Assembly: GCF_018350175.1 (NCBI RefSeq) | Contig: NC_058369.1 | Coordinates: 16,432,001-16,496,000, forward strand | Direction: 5' to 3' | Length of the DNA stretch: 64,000 nucleotides | DNA from: Felis catus | Taxonomy: Eukaryota | In this document: in pieces, positions 23,701 to 35,700 of the stretch | Layout: the number at the start of each line of letters is the position of its first letter | Numbering within the stretch: the first letter of the stretch is position 1 | Notes under the pieces: generated by a model | What the model was told of the DNA's origin: nothing | Databases searched by the model: none | What the model saw: only the letters and a program-made list of their open reading frames with translations | Position numbers and translations under genes: made by a program

Positions 23701-26700
23701 CAATATGACTCCCGCAATGTATTCAGGGGATGGAGGGAAGGGGAACTAATTTGAAGTTTCTATAGGAAAAATTCTGAATCGTTTTTGTCTTTCTCCTGCC
23801 CCCCATCTCTTTGCGAGTCTAAAGAAGTCATGTTCATGTCACACTTGACATAGCATACTCGTTCTCCAGATCCACCAGGGGCCACAACAACGGATACCAC
23901 CATGCCGCGTCCACCTGTGGAAGCAAGTCTTCCTGGACCTTCTCCCTTACTCCGTTAGATCAGACTGGGGACAGACAGACATCCACGGTGTGTGCAGCGG
24001 TCTGTGCTCAAATGCATGACCATGCTCTCTGCTCTCAGTGCATGTCCTGAGAGACTCCAGGGTCTCCCTGCCTGCCAGGGCTGACCCTCCAGAGGGTGTC
24101 ACTGTGTACTTCATTTCTGGCAGCAACGTGCCTTCGACCATCTCGCTGGGGCAGGGTTCCGAGAAGACATCAGTAAGGTGCCACAGGGAGCTGGCTATGA
24201 CATAAGAAAGAGCTGGTGGCGGGGGTGGAGGTGGGGTAGGGGGGTGGGGGTGGGGTGGGGTGGAAGCATCTGTCAGGCTTCATCAAAGGAGCATGAGATT
24301 CTTGATCTCGGGGTTGTGAGTTCAAGCCCCATGTTGAGTGTAGAGATTACTAAAAAAAAATAAGCTTTAAAAAAAAAGAAAGCTAGAACTGACATAAATT
24401 ACAGGTGAAGTAGCTGGTGTACTAGCTCTCCTAGAAGTCTGTTTATGCCGCTGATGATTGCCTCCCCAGGAGTGGCATTTATTTTATGAGTCACTTCCTA
24501 ACAGTGATCATCGTGGAGACTCAGAAAAACCAGACCCCACCATTCCTTGGCCTCCCACTTACGGGGAAAGGAGACCACCAAAACCAGCCTAGAGGCTTTT
24601 GGCTCAAAGAAAACCTTAGGTGATGTGATCAAGATAATCTTTTGCTCTTTCAATCCAGGGCAGCTTAGTCTCTTGGGGACGAGGCAGGAGGCAGCAGGGA
24701 ACGAGTGACAGCAGCAACAGGAGAGCAGTCAGCATGGTTTTGTGGGGTGGGGAGGGGGTGGATGGGCAGAATTTGGGTGTTACAGAAGTAGGAAAGGCAT
24801 TCCTGGAGGGGGGCACAGCTTGAGCCAAGGCAGGTGTGGTCAGATGAACACCTAGGTGGTTGCAATGGCAGTCATGGTGAAGGTGAATGCTGGTAAGGTT
24901 GTCAAGGCAGGTGGGGTCAATCACAGAGGGCGCTGACCAGTGTCCTAAGGCACTAGGAGCCCAAGGAGAGGCTGGGGGAGCTGCTGGCAGGACCTTTCCT
25001 AAGAGTCTGGCAATCGCACTGGACAAGTAAGCCCTGGGGCAGAGAGGCATTCGTTCGGTGATGGGAAAGAGGGAAGGGAGAACAGAGTACAAGTTCTTTT
25101 ATTTTTTTTCTTTAATGTTTATTTATACTTGAGAGAGACAGAGACAGAGTGTGAGCAGAGGAGGGGCAGAGAGAGAGGGAGACACAGAATCCGAAGCGGG
25201 CTCCATGTTCTGAGCTGTCAGCACAGAACCCGACATGGGGCTCAAAATCACAAGTTGTGAGATCATGACCTGAGCTGAAGTTGAATGCTCAACAGACTGA
25301 GCCATGCAGGTGCCCCTAGAATACAAATCCTTAAATAAGAAACAAGCTAGAGTTCTCGGGGCCTCCAGGGCTGCTGGGGCCTGGGTAGGACCCTCCACAA
25401 AGGCCCAACAGACACTTCCCCCCCCCACCCCCGACAAAATGCCAGTGGATTATTCAAGCCATAAGCCTGGACAGTCAAACAAAAGCTCCTTCCCAACTGG
25501 CAGCTAGCAGACACCCTGATGGCCATCAGTGCCTGCCTCCCCTTGGTGATGAAGGACAGAGGTGCAAGGGCAGAAAAGGCTCAGCTTTCCCCAAAGTGGG
25601 CTGGTGGGTGACCCCACAGAAGGCTTCTTTCCACAGGGCTCAGTTAACCTGGACTACCTGGCAGAGGAGGGTGAGGACTAAGGAACAGCCTTTGGGAACC
25701 AGTCCTGTGCAAACACCATGCCCCTTCTCAGCAGCTACCACAGCCACTGCTGTCCTGGAGTCCCAGAGACACTCAAGTGCCTTGGCGCAGGCCAGTTATT
25801 CATTAACAAATGAGAAAACACCCAACTACCTAGGTGACATTTTAAAAAATGCCGGGCAGTCTGGTGGGCGGGCTGTGTCATCACCTCTGCGCACAGTGTG
25901 AGGTTAAGGATGACCCCAGCCTGGGCTGCTGTGGGAAGGGCAGGTGCTCCAGAACAATAAAGATATGCGTGTGGGGCAGGAGCAGGCTGACAAATACACA
26001 GGCCACATAAACACAAGGATGAGGTGTGCTCCAGTCTTCCCACTCAACAGCGATTCAGATAAGACAGTGAGTGTCATGAGTAGCAGAACAGCTTTTGGGC
26101 CATCCTGGTCTCGGTCACAGCAGGGATGTGTAACCTGGGATGGCAGCAGGAGGTGCACACCAGCCTCACGCCGCCACCCCCTCGCCCCCCCACCCCGCCA
26201 GCCTAAGAGACTCAAAGGTCCTCCTGGGGCTGTCTTCCAGGTCCTCCATGCAATCCACAGGGAGTCTGGTGAATGGCCATCAGGGAAGAGGGAAAAGATT
26301 TGACCAAGACCATAGCGCCTGATAGTGGTGGCTGCAGGTCTGGATCAAGGTCCTGACCCCCACCCTGTGTTCGCCAAGCAGATGAGAGATAGTGTGTCAA
26401 GAGTGGCATTCAGTTTCTAAAAACAGCGCTGATCCAGCCACCTCTCCCGTGCCTCCCCCCACCTCCCCACCCCCGCCATAGTTCAGACCTGGTTCAGACA
26501 TGGCTTGGATCCGGCCACGCGCACTCAGACTGGCCACAGCCAGCTTGAAGTACACCCTGCGAGTGCAGGCAGGGCTCAAGGGGCACAGCATCCCAGGGAA
26601 TCTGGAGACACTCGCCCACCCGGAGACCATTAAATCTGACTCACCGCTTAACCACCCCCCCACACACACACTCTTCCCCAAATCTCCCTTCTTTCTCCTT

Positions 26701-29700
26701 CTTTCTCCTTCCCAGTCCCTGTTCTGTTCTCGGTTCCTTCCCCTCTCCCAAGCTACCTCCATAGGTCCCCACCACAACCCAGCCCACAACCATCCCTGCC
26801 CCCCTTGTGGGCCAGCCAGCCAGCTGCCCCTCTGCCCCTCTGCTCTGGAGGATGCAGCTCCCTGCTGCACTTCTCTCCTTTTCCTCTTCCACCTCCCCAA
26901 AGACTCTCTGCACCTTACCATCCATGCCCAAGATGCTGGTCACATCTCCTGCTCCTCTGCTCAAAGCTCTCGTTGGCTCCCCAGACCCTCGGGACAACTG
27001 CCATTCTCAAGATGCAGTCTCACAAGGCCCCAACACTCGCCCTGCAGCCCATTCCAGAATACCCTGATGCTAGACTCTCTGTCTCAAATCCTGACATGCC
27101 CATTCTCATAACCCTGAAGAAAACCCACCCTCTGACCAATTCTGGAGGCCAACCCAAAGGCCACCTCCTGCAGGCAGCCTTCTGAGGTCCACAGGCAATA
27201 AGCTTGTGGCTCCTCTGGGCCTAGAGCACATCAGGGTCTGACCCCAGGCCCAGGACACAGTCCTGGGTTCCTCGCTATTCATATCCAGTCCCTCAAGTCC
27301 TTCACGTCTTCCTCAAGTGTGGGGCATTTCCTGGAGCTCCTCCTGGCCTGGAGGAGACAACCTTCATCAAATGTTTGCCTATTTAATTACTCTCTCCACC
27401 AATTCCAGAAGGGCCAAACTCTTAGAAACACTGGTGGAGGAGGGCAGGAAAGCCATGTCTTGGACTAGGATCCTTCCCGCAGTCCACTTGCCTGTTCCTG
27501 GAAATACCCCCCATTTCTGACCCCAGCCCAGTTTCCACACCTAGGCCTTGAGCTGTCTGCCCTCACTTGTCCCAGAGCCTGCAGGAGGAAGGGGCCTCAA
27601 AAGCAACACTTAAGGGGCTCTCAAAAATAGCCCTGCCCCAAACAGGGCCTGATTGAGTGGTTTCACACTGTTAGAAATCCTTTTGCCAAAACCAACATTT
27701 TTACAAATAAAATGAGGGTTGTGCAAGACTGGTATCATTTCTTCCTTAAGTCTACGATAAGACTTCGGTGAAGCCATCTTGGCCCAAAGTTTTCTTTGTG
27801 AGGTTTTAGATATGGGGTTCTACAGATTTTATTTCTTCCTGTGTCAGTCTCATTAATTTGTATCTTTCAAGGGATATCCATTTCACCTAAGTTACTGAAT
27901 TTACTGGCATAAAACTGCTTATAATACTCTTATTATCCCTTCAATGTCTGTGGGATCCATAATGATAATCCATGGACACTGACAACCTGTCTCTTCTCTT
28001 TCTTTATTAGACTAGCTGGAGGGGTGCCCGACTGGCTCAGTCAGTACAGCATGCAAGTCTTGATCTCAGGGTCATGAGCTCAAGCCCCACGTTGGGCATA
28101 GAGCTTACTTAACAAAAATAATAAAATATCAGATCAGCTGGAGGTTTATCAATTCTGGGGCATTCCAGACTTGGTGTTTTAACAATGTGTTTGTTCTTCA
28201 GTGCCCTCCTGGAAGAAGCCCTCATTAGCTGAGTATCCCTGCAGGGGGTAGGGGGTGCGCATCAATCCCTATTTGCCTGAATCCTATTAGAAACTCAATC
28301 AGCCCGCAAAAATGTAGAGGGCTGGGGGGTGGGGTGGGAGAAAAGCTGCAGTCTCCTGCTGCTGCCCTCCCTCTCCCCTTGTGACTCCGGTCCCCTGTGT
28401 GTGCGCTCGCTCTGCCCCTGGTCCCAAACATAAAGGAAACAAGAGCGCTGTCCTCAAGGACCTCAAATGCACACAAAGGAACAGAAAGAAAAAGGTAACT
28501 CTGTGTCATGAGTGGGTGGTAAGGAAGACTTTATTAAATGTTTTGTATGCTTGGGGAACTGGCAAGGGATAGGTGTTGTCAGAGAAGGAGGTAACCCTTA
28601 AACTCAATTCTAAATGTCCAGTAGAGGGAGGGTTACCAAGCATCTACCAAGCTGGAATGGTAAGTGCTCGGCAAAGCCATGAGGGGAGAGCCAGGGCACT
28701 GTCCAGGCCTGTGGGGCTGTCCCACGTGGCCGGCTCAGCCAGGATTGGGCGAGGTCAGGAGCAGAGGGGGCTGATGAGGCAATCCTCCAGGGCTGCGGAC
28801 AGGCTTAGCCCAACTCTCAAAGGGCACTGTGGCAGCCTAGAAGGGGAGTTATGGGAGAGAAGATGGGGAAGACCAGAAACCAGGTGAGATGGTCCACTCC
28901 CAGCCTAGACCTGTCCCAGCCTGCGGCTGTTGTGCATCTGTGCTGGTTACGATCACACAAGGGTGGGAACTGCCACCAGGGCAGCCTGCTGAAGCAGGAA
29001 CTCTTTTGCTGAGGACAAGGAGCAAGCTCCTCCCTCATCCTAAGAGGAGATGCTGCCCAGGGTTCTTCCTTCCAGAAGAGGAAGAGGGAAGCAGGAAAGT
29101 GTTAACAGACACTTCAACCTCTGATCTAGGTTCCCCCTACCATCAGCCCGTTACTGAAGCAGCTAGAGACCCAACAGGAACTCACAGGTACAGAAACCCT
29201 TTCCAGTACCCAGATGCCTCACTAGCTCTGGGTGTGCCTGCTGAGCTGTTCATGGAAACGGCCCTTCTGTTCAACAATCAAGAGAGAACAAGGCCCCAAA
29301 CCCAGTCCCCTAAGAAGAAGTGAAAGTGACCCCAGCTTGAGCCTCTCCAGTTGATTTGGGCCCAGGGCGGGGAAAAATCAAGGAGAGGTAGGCACAGAAA
29401 GGGGCAGAGGGGGGACAGACAGGAAGGGACTGGCTGGGGGCAAAGCTGGCAGGTTTCACAATTTCACCCTGTTGCCCATCCTCAGAACCAGGGCAGCCGC
29501 ATGTCAGGTGGAGAGACTTCCTGTGGGGTGCGGCTGCAGCAGGCGCTGTGCTCCAAGGGCACTCACGGGGTAGGGCAGTCACCCAGGGTCTGACTCACCC
29601 TGAATATGCAGTGATAAGCCCCGGGCTGAATGCCACCACACTGGGGCACAGAAACTGCACAGTCCTCTACTGCCCAGGGACTGGGGAAAGGGTGGGGAGG

Positions 29701-32700
29701 GAGGTTCTGAGTCTCCTGGGCAGGCAGTGATCCCCGCAGGGCGGCACTCTGGTCTGGGACTACCTGGCCTGCTATGCCCACTCTGTCCAGCAGGTGGACA
29801 CTCCCTTGAGGGCAGGCACTTGTCTTAACTGCTGTAGGTAGAGCGCAAGGGCTCTGGGCCGAACCCTGCCTGGCAAAACCCAGCTCCGTATTCGCCCTGC
29901 TGTGTGACCCTGGACAAGTTATTTGACCTGTCTGGCCTTAGTTTCCTATTCTATGAAAACAAAGACTACCACACTGACATCATGGCACTGTCACAGGAGT
30001 GGAGGAGGAGCCAGGGAGGAAGGAGAAGAGCCGGCCGCTCGCATGGATGAGGCAGCAGACCTGAAGGGCAGGGAGGACCGTGCCAGGGCAGGAAGGGCAG
30101 GGCCACAGAGAAACCACAGGGCTAGAGGCCCAGACTGCCTGCATCTGCAGAGGTCATGATAAGCTTTCACTTTCATCAATCCTGAGAGTAGACAAGAAGC
30201 ATGACAGTGTCTGCTTCATGAAGACATCAGAAGACGGGTGACAATCTGTGCCGGGGGACAGATCTTTTGATTCTGCGTTCAGTGCTTCACCAAGAATCAG
30301 ACTCACAGCGTCCAGGAACAGAGAGCCACTGCTCTCCCGGGGGTGCAGGCACTCCCTAAAAGCTTGTGAGCGGCGAGAACAAAGAGAGGGGGGCACAGTA
30401 ATAAACTGGAGATAAGGGCCGCAGATAAGAGCCGGAACCAGGGCAGTGGTGCTGAAACGGAACACGGGGGTGCCTGAGCGCTCTGGGGGACAGGGCGAGG
30501 TCAGACAGACGACTGGCTCCAGGCTGTGACTGAGCCTCATGGGGAGAAGAAGGCGCCTGTGACACAGAAGGTAGCCGTGGTGAGGGGACTAAGAGAAGGG
30601 AGCAGTGGCTTTCAGGCAGACGAGGGTTAGGCTGATGCCTGCAGTCTGACGAAGGCCGGTGTGGACGCGGGCCAAGGGTCCAGAGCCTGTCCAGGCGTCC
30701 TCAGCAGAGGCAGGGTTGGCCCCACCATCGATGCCCTATTACATGGCCCCACCCCAGAGGAGTGGGGGGAACTGGCCCCATGCCAAGCCTGGTCCTATTC
30801 TTGTCGCAGGTGCAAATGGGAAACCGGCTGTATTCAAAGGAGGCAGCAGATGCCCCGTCCAGCAGATTAGTAGTTAACAAATATTGACCGGCTCCCTCGT
30901 GCTAGGTACGCCACATTAGGTCCAGAGGAGGAGAAAGAACAAGGAGGCCCCTAGTGTTCAGGGACCAGGGTGGGAACTCTTAGCCTGGGTCCATGGACAG
31001 GATCCCAGAGCTCAGCGATCAGACACACACACAGGCCAGGTGTGAAAAGGCTCATTCTTCTGGAGTAACAACCCATAGCTCTTCAGAGTCTCGAGGGGGT
31101 AGTGACCCAGAGGAGGAAAGGGAAGGCGTCAACAGCATGGTGCTGGTGGGGAGGCACACAGAGTTCTCTGGGTGGCATTTGAGGTATCCGGGGAGGCTCT
31201 CCAAAGGAAGTACCCCCTGTCCTGCACCTTAAGGAGTGGGGGCAAGGGGAAAGGGCAGCAGAGGGAACAAGTAGCACTGTGAGGTGCAGAGGCTTGGGAC
31301 GACCCCCATGGGCCCCGTGTCCCCAGCAGGAAAGAAGCCCTTGAAAGGTCCTGCTGAGGGCAGGGCAAAGACCAGGCACCCCATTTCCTTCACACACAGC
31401 CAGCCAGGGCCAGTGCCTCTGGGCCGCCAGAGGGGAGGGCCCTATGGGACGAGGAAGCCCAGGCAGCAGGGCTAGACCGGCAGGCGCAGGCAAACCACAG
31501 CTCCACAGCTTAGAGATGGTGGGAAGCGCGGCAAACTCAGGACCTCTCCAATTCCTCCCCTGTTAAAGCAGGGCCGGCGCTACTCCAGCAGTGATGTCAA
31601 GGATTAAAGAAAGTAACCTGGGTCTGCCTTCTGGTGCAGGACCTACGTGCCAGGCCTGGCATCCAGGGGTGTCCCCCGAGTCCCGCCGTCATGTCCATCG
31701 TGTCTGCACCCCCCTGGGGAACCAGCTAGCTGTTCCCTGTTTTCATCCCCTCCACCCCTTGCTCTGACTGTACCCCACACACACCAAAAAACCCCCAAGA
31801 AAGTGGATAGCCAGTTGAGTTCTGGGCACCAAAACAGACTTAACAGGTACCCAGGGCCCAGGGCCCAGATCCAGGCTGGGAAACAAGAGACCAGTTACTG
31901 TCAGTCCAACCCGCAGAGAAACTGATCTACCTCTAACCTTTTCAAACGTAGTGATGGGTGAATGGAAGGCATCATCCTTTTCTAATATCGCTTCTCTATT
32001 TTTTTGCCAAGTTTCTGTAGGTGACAAACATGTCATTTTTAAAATTGAAGCTCAAGTTAAGAATGACCCATCTGATCCCCTCGGGGATGAGTGACAAGAG
32101 CCCCAGGCTGGAAGGACAGGCACCACCCGCGGGAGGCTTCCCCACAGAAGCCATCGCTCTGCACATACCACCCAACTGCAGGGCAGCTGGCAGACGGCAG
32201 GTGGGCTTCGGCACGTCCCCCGCTGTGTGGGCCGCAGGTCACACCCCTGTTCAGCAGAAGGGCTTTCTTCCCCAGGCAGGCCCTCCACTGATAAGTACCC
32301 CAGACACTGGATTTTACCTGGATTTGCCAGCATGCGATTTTATCATCTGTCTTTCCACCCTAAAGGGGGCGCTCTGAGAGGCCTCTCCATCTCTGTTCCC
32401 CAGCACCTTAGCACATTACGGCAGCGGGACTAACAGCAAAAGAGTGAATGAGCAAGCCAGAGGAGGTAGGACACACATGCTAATTCCTCCCCTATACACA
32501 AGGTTCTCCTCCCACAACTTCCAAGCATCAGGGATCAGTAGGTTTGTCTCATGGACGCAAAGACTGAGGCTGGGTGGCACCTAACTCAGGTCTGTGCACG
32601 TCAGACCCCTACTCTTCCCACTGCTTTGGGGACACAGCCAGAAGCCCAGTTCCCTGCTGCCACACATGCGGTTCTTCCCACCACACACATCTGCGTGTTC

Positions 32701-35700
32701 ACCACTCAGCTGTCAGTGCTACACTCCCCTCCGACAATCACCCGCACCTCTGCTTCTCCCCTGTAGATCGAGGGCAAAAATCTCAACCATGCCCACTTCC
32801 TAGGAGTGTGGGAAGGATCATATCTAACCAGGTCCATCAAATGAGAAGACTTCCCAGTGGAAGGTGAGCTCCGGGAGGGCGGGACCCGACTGCTCCTCAT
32901 CCCTGCTCTACTGTATTTCCTACAATAATAGCGGTCACGACAGCACGCCAGGCAACCGATGATTCAATTAACTGAAATAATCATTACTTGAGTAGTCGTC
33001 ATAAAAGTCTAATAAGGTCAGGGCTGCTTGCTTGCTTTCACAGATTAGAAAAATGCGAGTCTAGAGCCCACCCGGAGTCACACAGCTCAGGTCCCAGGGT
33101 CCAAAGGGGAGGGTGGGCCTCAAGCCTAGGCTGCTCCCCATAGAACCCAGCCCTCTGCTCTGGCCACACGGCCGCCCCCACCTCACACACACACACACAC
33201 GGGGTCTCATGGCTGTATAACAGCACGTCTGCACCAGCATCACACTGCCTCCCGTCTCTTCCTGGTGTAGTTTCAGAGAGATGTGACCCAGACGGGACCA
33301 TTTCTGAGCCAGGAACTTCAATTCCAGAAAAGCACCACAAGGAGAGAAAAGAGCAATGCGCAGAGAGGTGCTCACAGCTAGGTTTCTCCTAACAGGGAGG
33401 ACTGGAGCTACGAGGGGAGTCCAACCTGCTGGTGCGGCTAGGCCCCGCGGTCACGGGAACGGCACCACGAAACAGAACACACGGGACCGTGAGAGGCACA
33501 GAGCCCACACACACAGCCGTGAGCCAAACCATGGCAACAAGACACAGGCAGTGGCCTGAGACTTCACGGGCTCACACAGCACGACTGTGGGTAATGTTTT
33601 TTCCATTTCCTTTCATTCCGTCGTCAAAGTGATTTAATAACAAAATGATCTAAAACAGCTAGAGGAACCCAGCTGTGTGTAGCTCACTGTCTGGACTGTC
33701 CTCACACCCTACACAGACTCTCCTGACCTTCACCCGGCTCAACGGGAAAGCAGGAAACCAAGGCTGGCCTTCAGGCCCAATGCAGCCTCGTCAACGTTTA
33801 GTGACCTCTGTCAAGCTTAAAAACACACAAAACCCAAAGAACCAGCATGCCACGGGAAGAGGAGGGCAGACGCACACTGGCGTCCCTCTGCAGCCCGGGA
33901 CTGGGCCCAGCAGCCAAACCAGCAGCTGCGCTGGAGGACGAGCACCCTCCAACGAGGCCAGACAGCTGCCCAGCTCATGACAAAAATTTCAGTTAAGAAA
34001 CCAACTGATGGTGAGCGGTGAGGTTACCTCCCCACCCTCTCACCCGGCCTCACCATTTCCCGTTTTGGGGAGGGAAAACGCGTCCTCTGCCACAAAGCAG
34101 AACTCGCAACCACCAGGACTTCCTCACCGTGGTAAAGCCCACGGCTGGAGCAAGAGCAAGCGAATCACAAGGCAAACAAGAAGGTCCGCGAGGCTGAGAA
34201 ACCCCCTGCCCCGGTATGAGACGGCCTCGTGTGGCACTGGGAGGCTGGCCCAGAACCCCCGTCCCGTGCTTCACAGTGGACAGCAGAGTCACACAGCACT
34301 GCAACGGGAGCCCAGCTGGCTGTCTCGGGGGGATGGAACAGCCACCCAGAATCTCCGGTCCTGAGGCCGTACAGCTGGCACCTGACCCTCACCAGATCTG
34401 TCCGACTACAGAGCAAACAGGCTTCCCCTCTGCACATGAACCCTGGATGGTGGACAGGATTCTCAGCCTGAGCCCCCGAGGGAAGAGGGAGCCCATCTAT
34501 CACGTGTTCACCATCCTTGAATCCAAGGGAAACGGCAAGCAAGGGCCTGAAAACCCCAGTAAGTGACCCTGAAAATTACTCTTCTACCTCCCCCTCCCCA
34601 CCAGGCCCATGTGCCTGTTCACACCCGTGCTGGGTCCCCCCAAGCGTTCCCTGACAGCCACCAACAGGGTCCCCCCAAGCGTTCCCTGACAGCCACCAAC
34701 AAGACCACATCAGGGTTCCTGCTATCCACATGACACCACTGGCTTTACTCAAAGCGTGTGATCAACCGGGATGCGCCGCTACTTTTCTGCGTGGGCGGGC
34801 GTCCAAGCGCCCCAGTCCGTGCCTGAACAACCGACTTTGGAAACCGTGTGGTCTTGGATAGACTTCACACACAGTGCAGTTCATCTGGCAGGTATGGCCA
34901 CAGACTACAGACTCTTAAGTAAAGGCAACTCTGCTTCTCCCTGAGAAAAGTCTCAGCCCGGCCAACTCCCAAATCCACGTGCCTGTCTAGTGGCCTCATT
35001 TCTTCATTCAACTATTTTCAGAGTGTCTCTGAGCCTTGTCCTCTGTGAACAGAAAGGCGAGGAAGACATGACTGCTGCCCTCAGGCGGACGGGGGCAGAT
35101 GAAAGGGGAAGGAGACAGGTGAATGGATAGTCATCACACGGCGTGAGCGCTGTGACTTCCTGGGTGTCCAGCAGCTGACAAGATGAAACCTGAACTCACC
35201 TGCAAGAAGCGTGAGCTGTCCGTGGAGGGCAGGGGCATGAGGGGAACTGGAAGGAGCAGGTGTGCTAAGCCTGAGCCCCGTCTCTGTGGAGAGGAGGGAG
35301 ACATCCAAGGTGCACTGGGGCTGCGGGAAGGAGGCGCCAGCATGGAGGCTTGCCCCAGGGGCTACAGACATCAGCCCGCGGGGACTGAGAAGCCAGGAAA
35401 AGCCAGAGGACAGGCAGGGGGTAGCAACGATGTGACTACAGAGTGTGATTTATAAAGAGCACAAAGAAAGGACCAGAAAGGAAAGGGCGAGGGTCACCGG
35501 GTGAAGCCACTGAAAACCGAGTCGGATATGGGTCAAGAGAGCCACTTTCTCATCCCCAGGGTGGCAGAGGGGAGCTGCCTGGGAGTCTGTGTGGAGGGGC
35601 AGCCCGTTCCACCTGCACAGTGCACTGCCCACACAGCTATCCACGTCTCCCTCTCACACGCACATAGGGCCTCTGGCCCCACAACTTCCCTGGGATCAGG

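Noticed and set aside
34632..34701. CRISPR-like 35-bp repeat
   Set aside because: Two adjacent copies with no spacer, in mammalian DNA with no cas genes.
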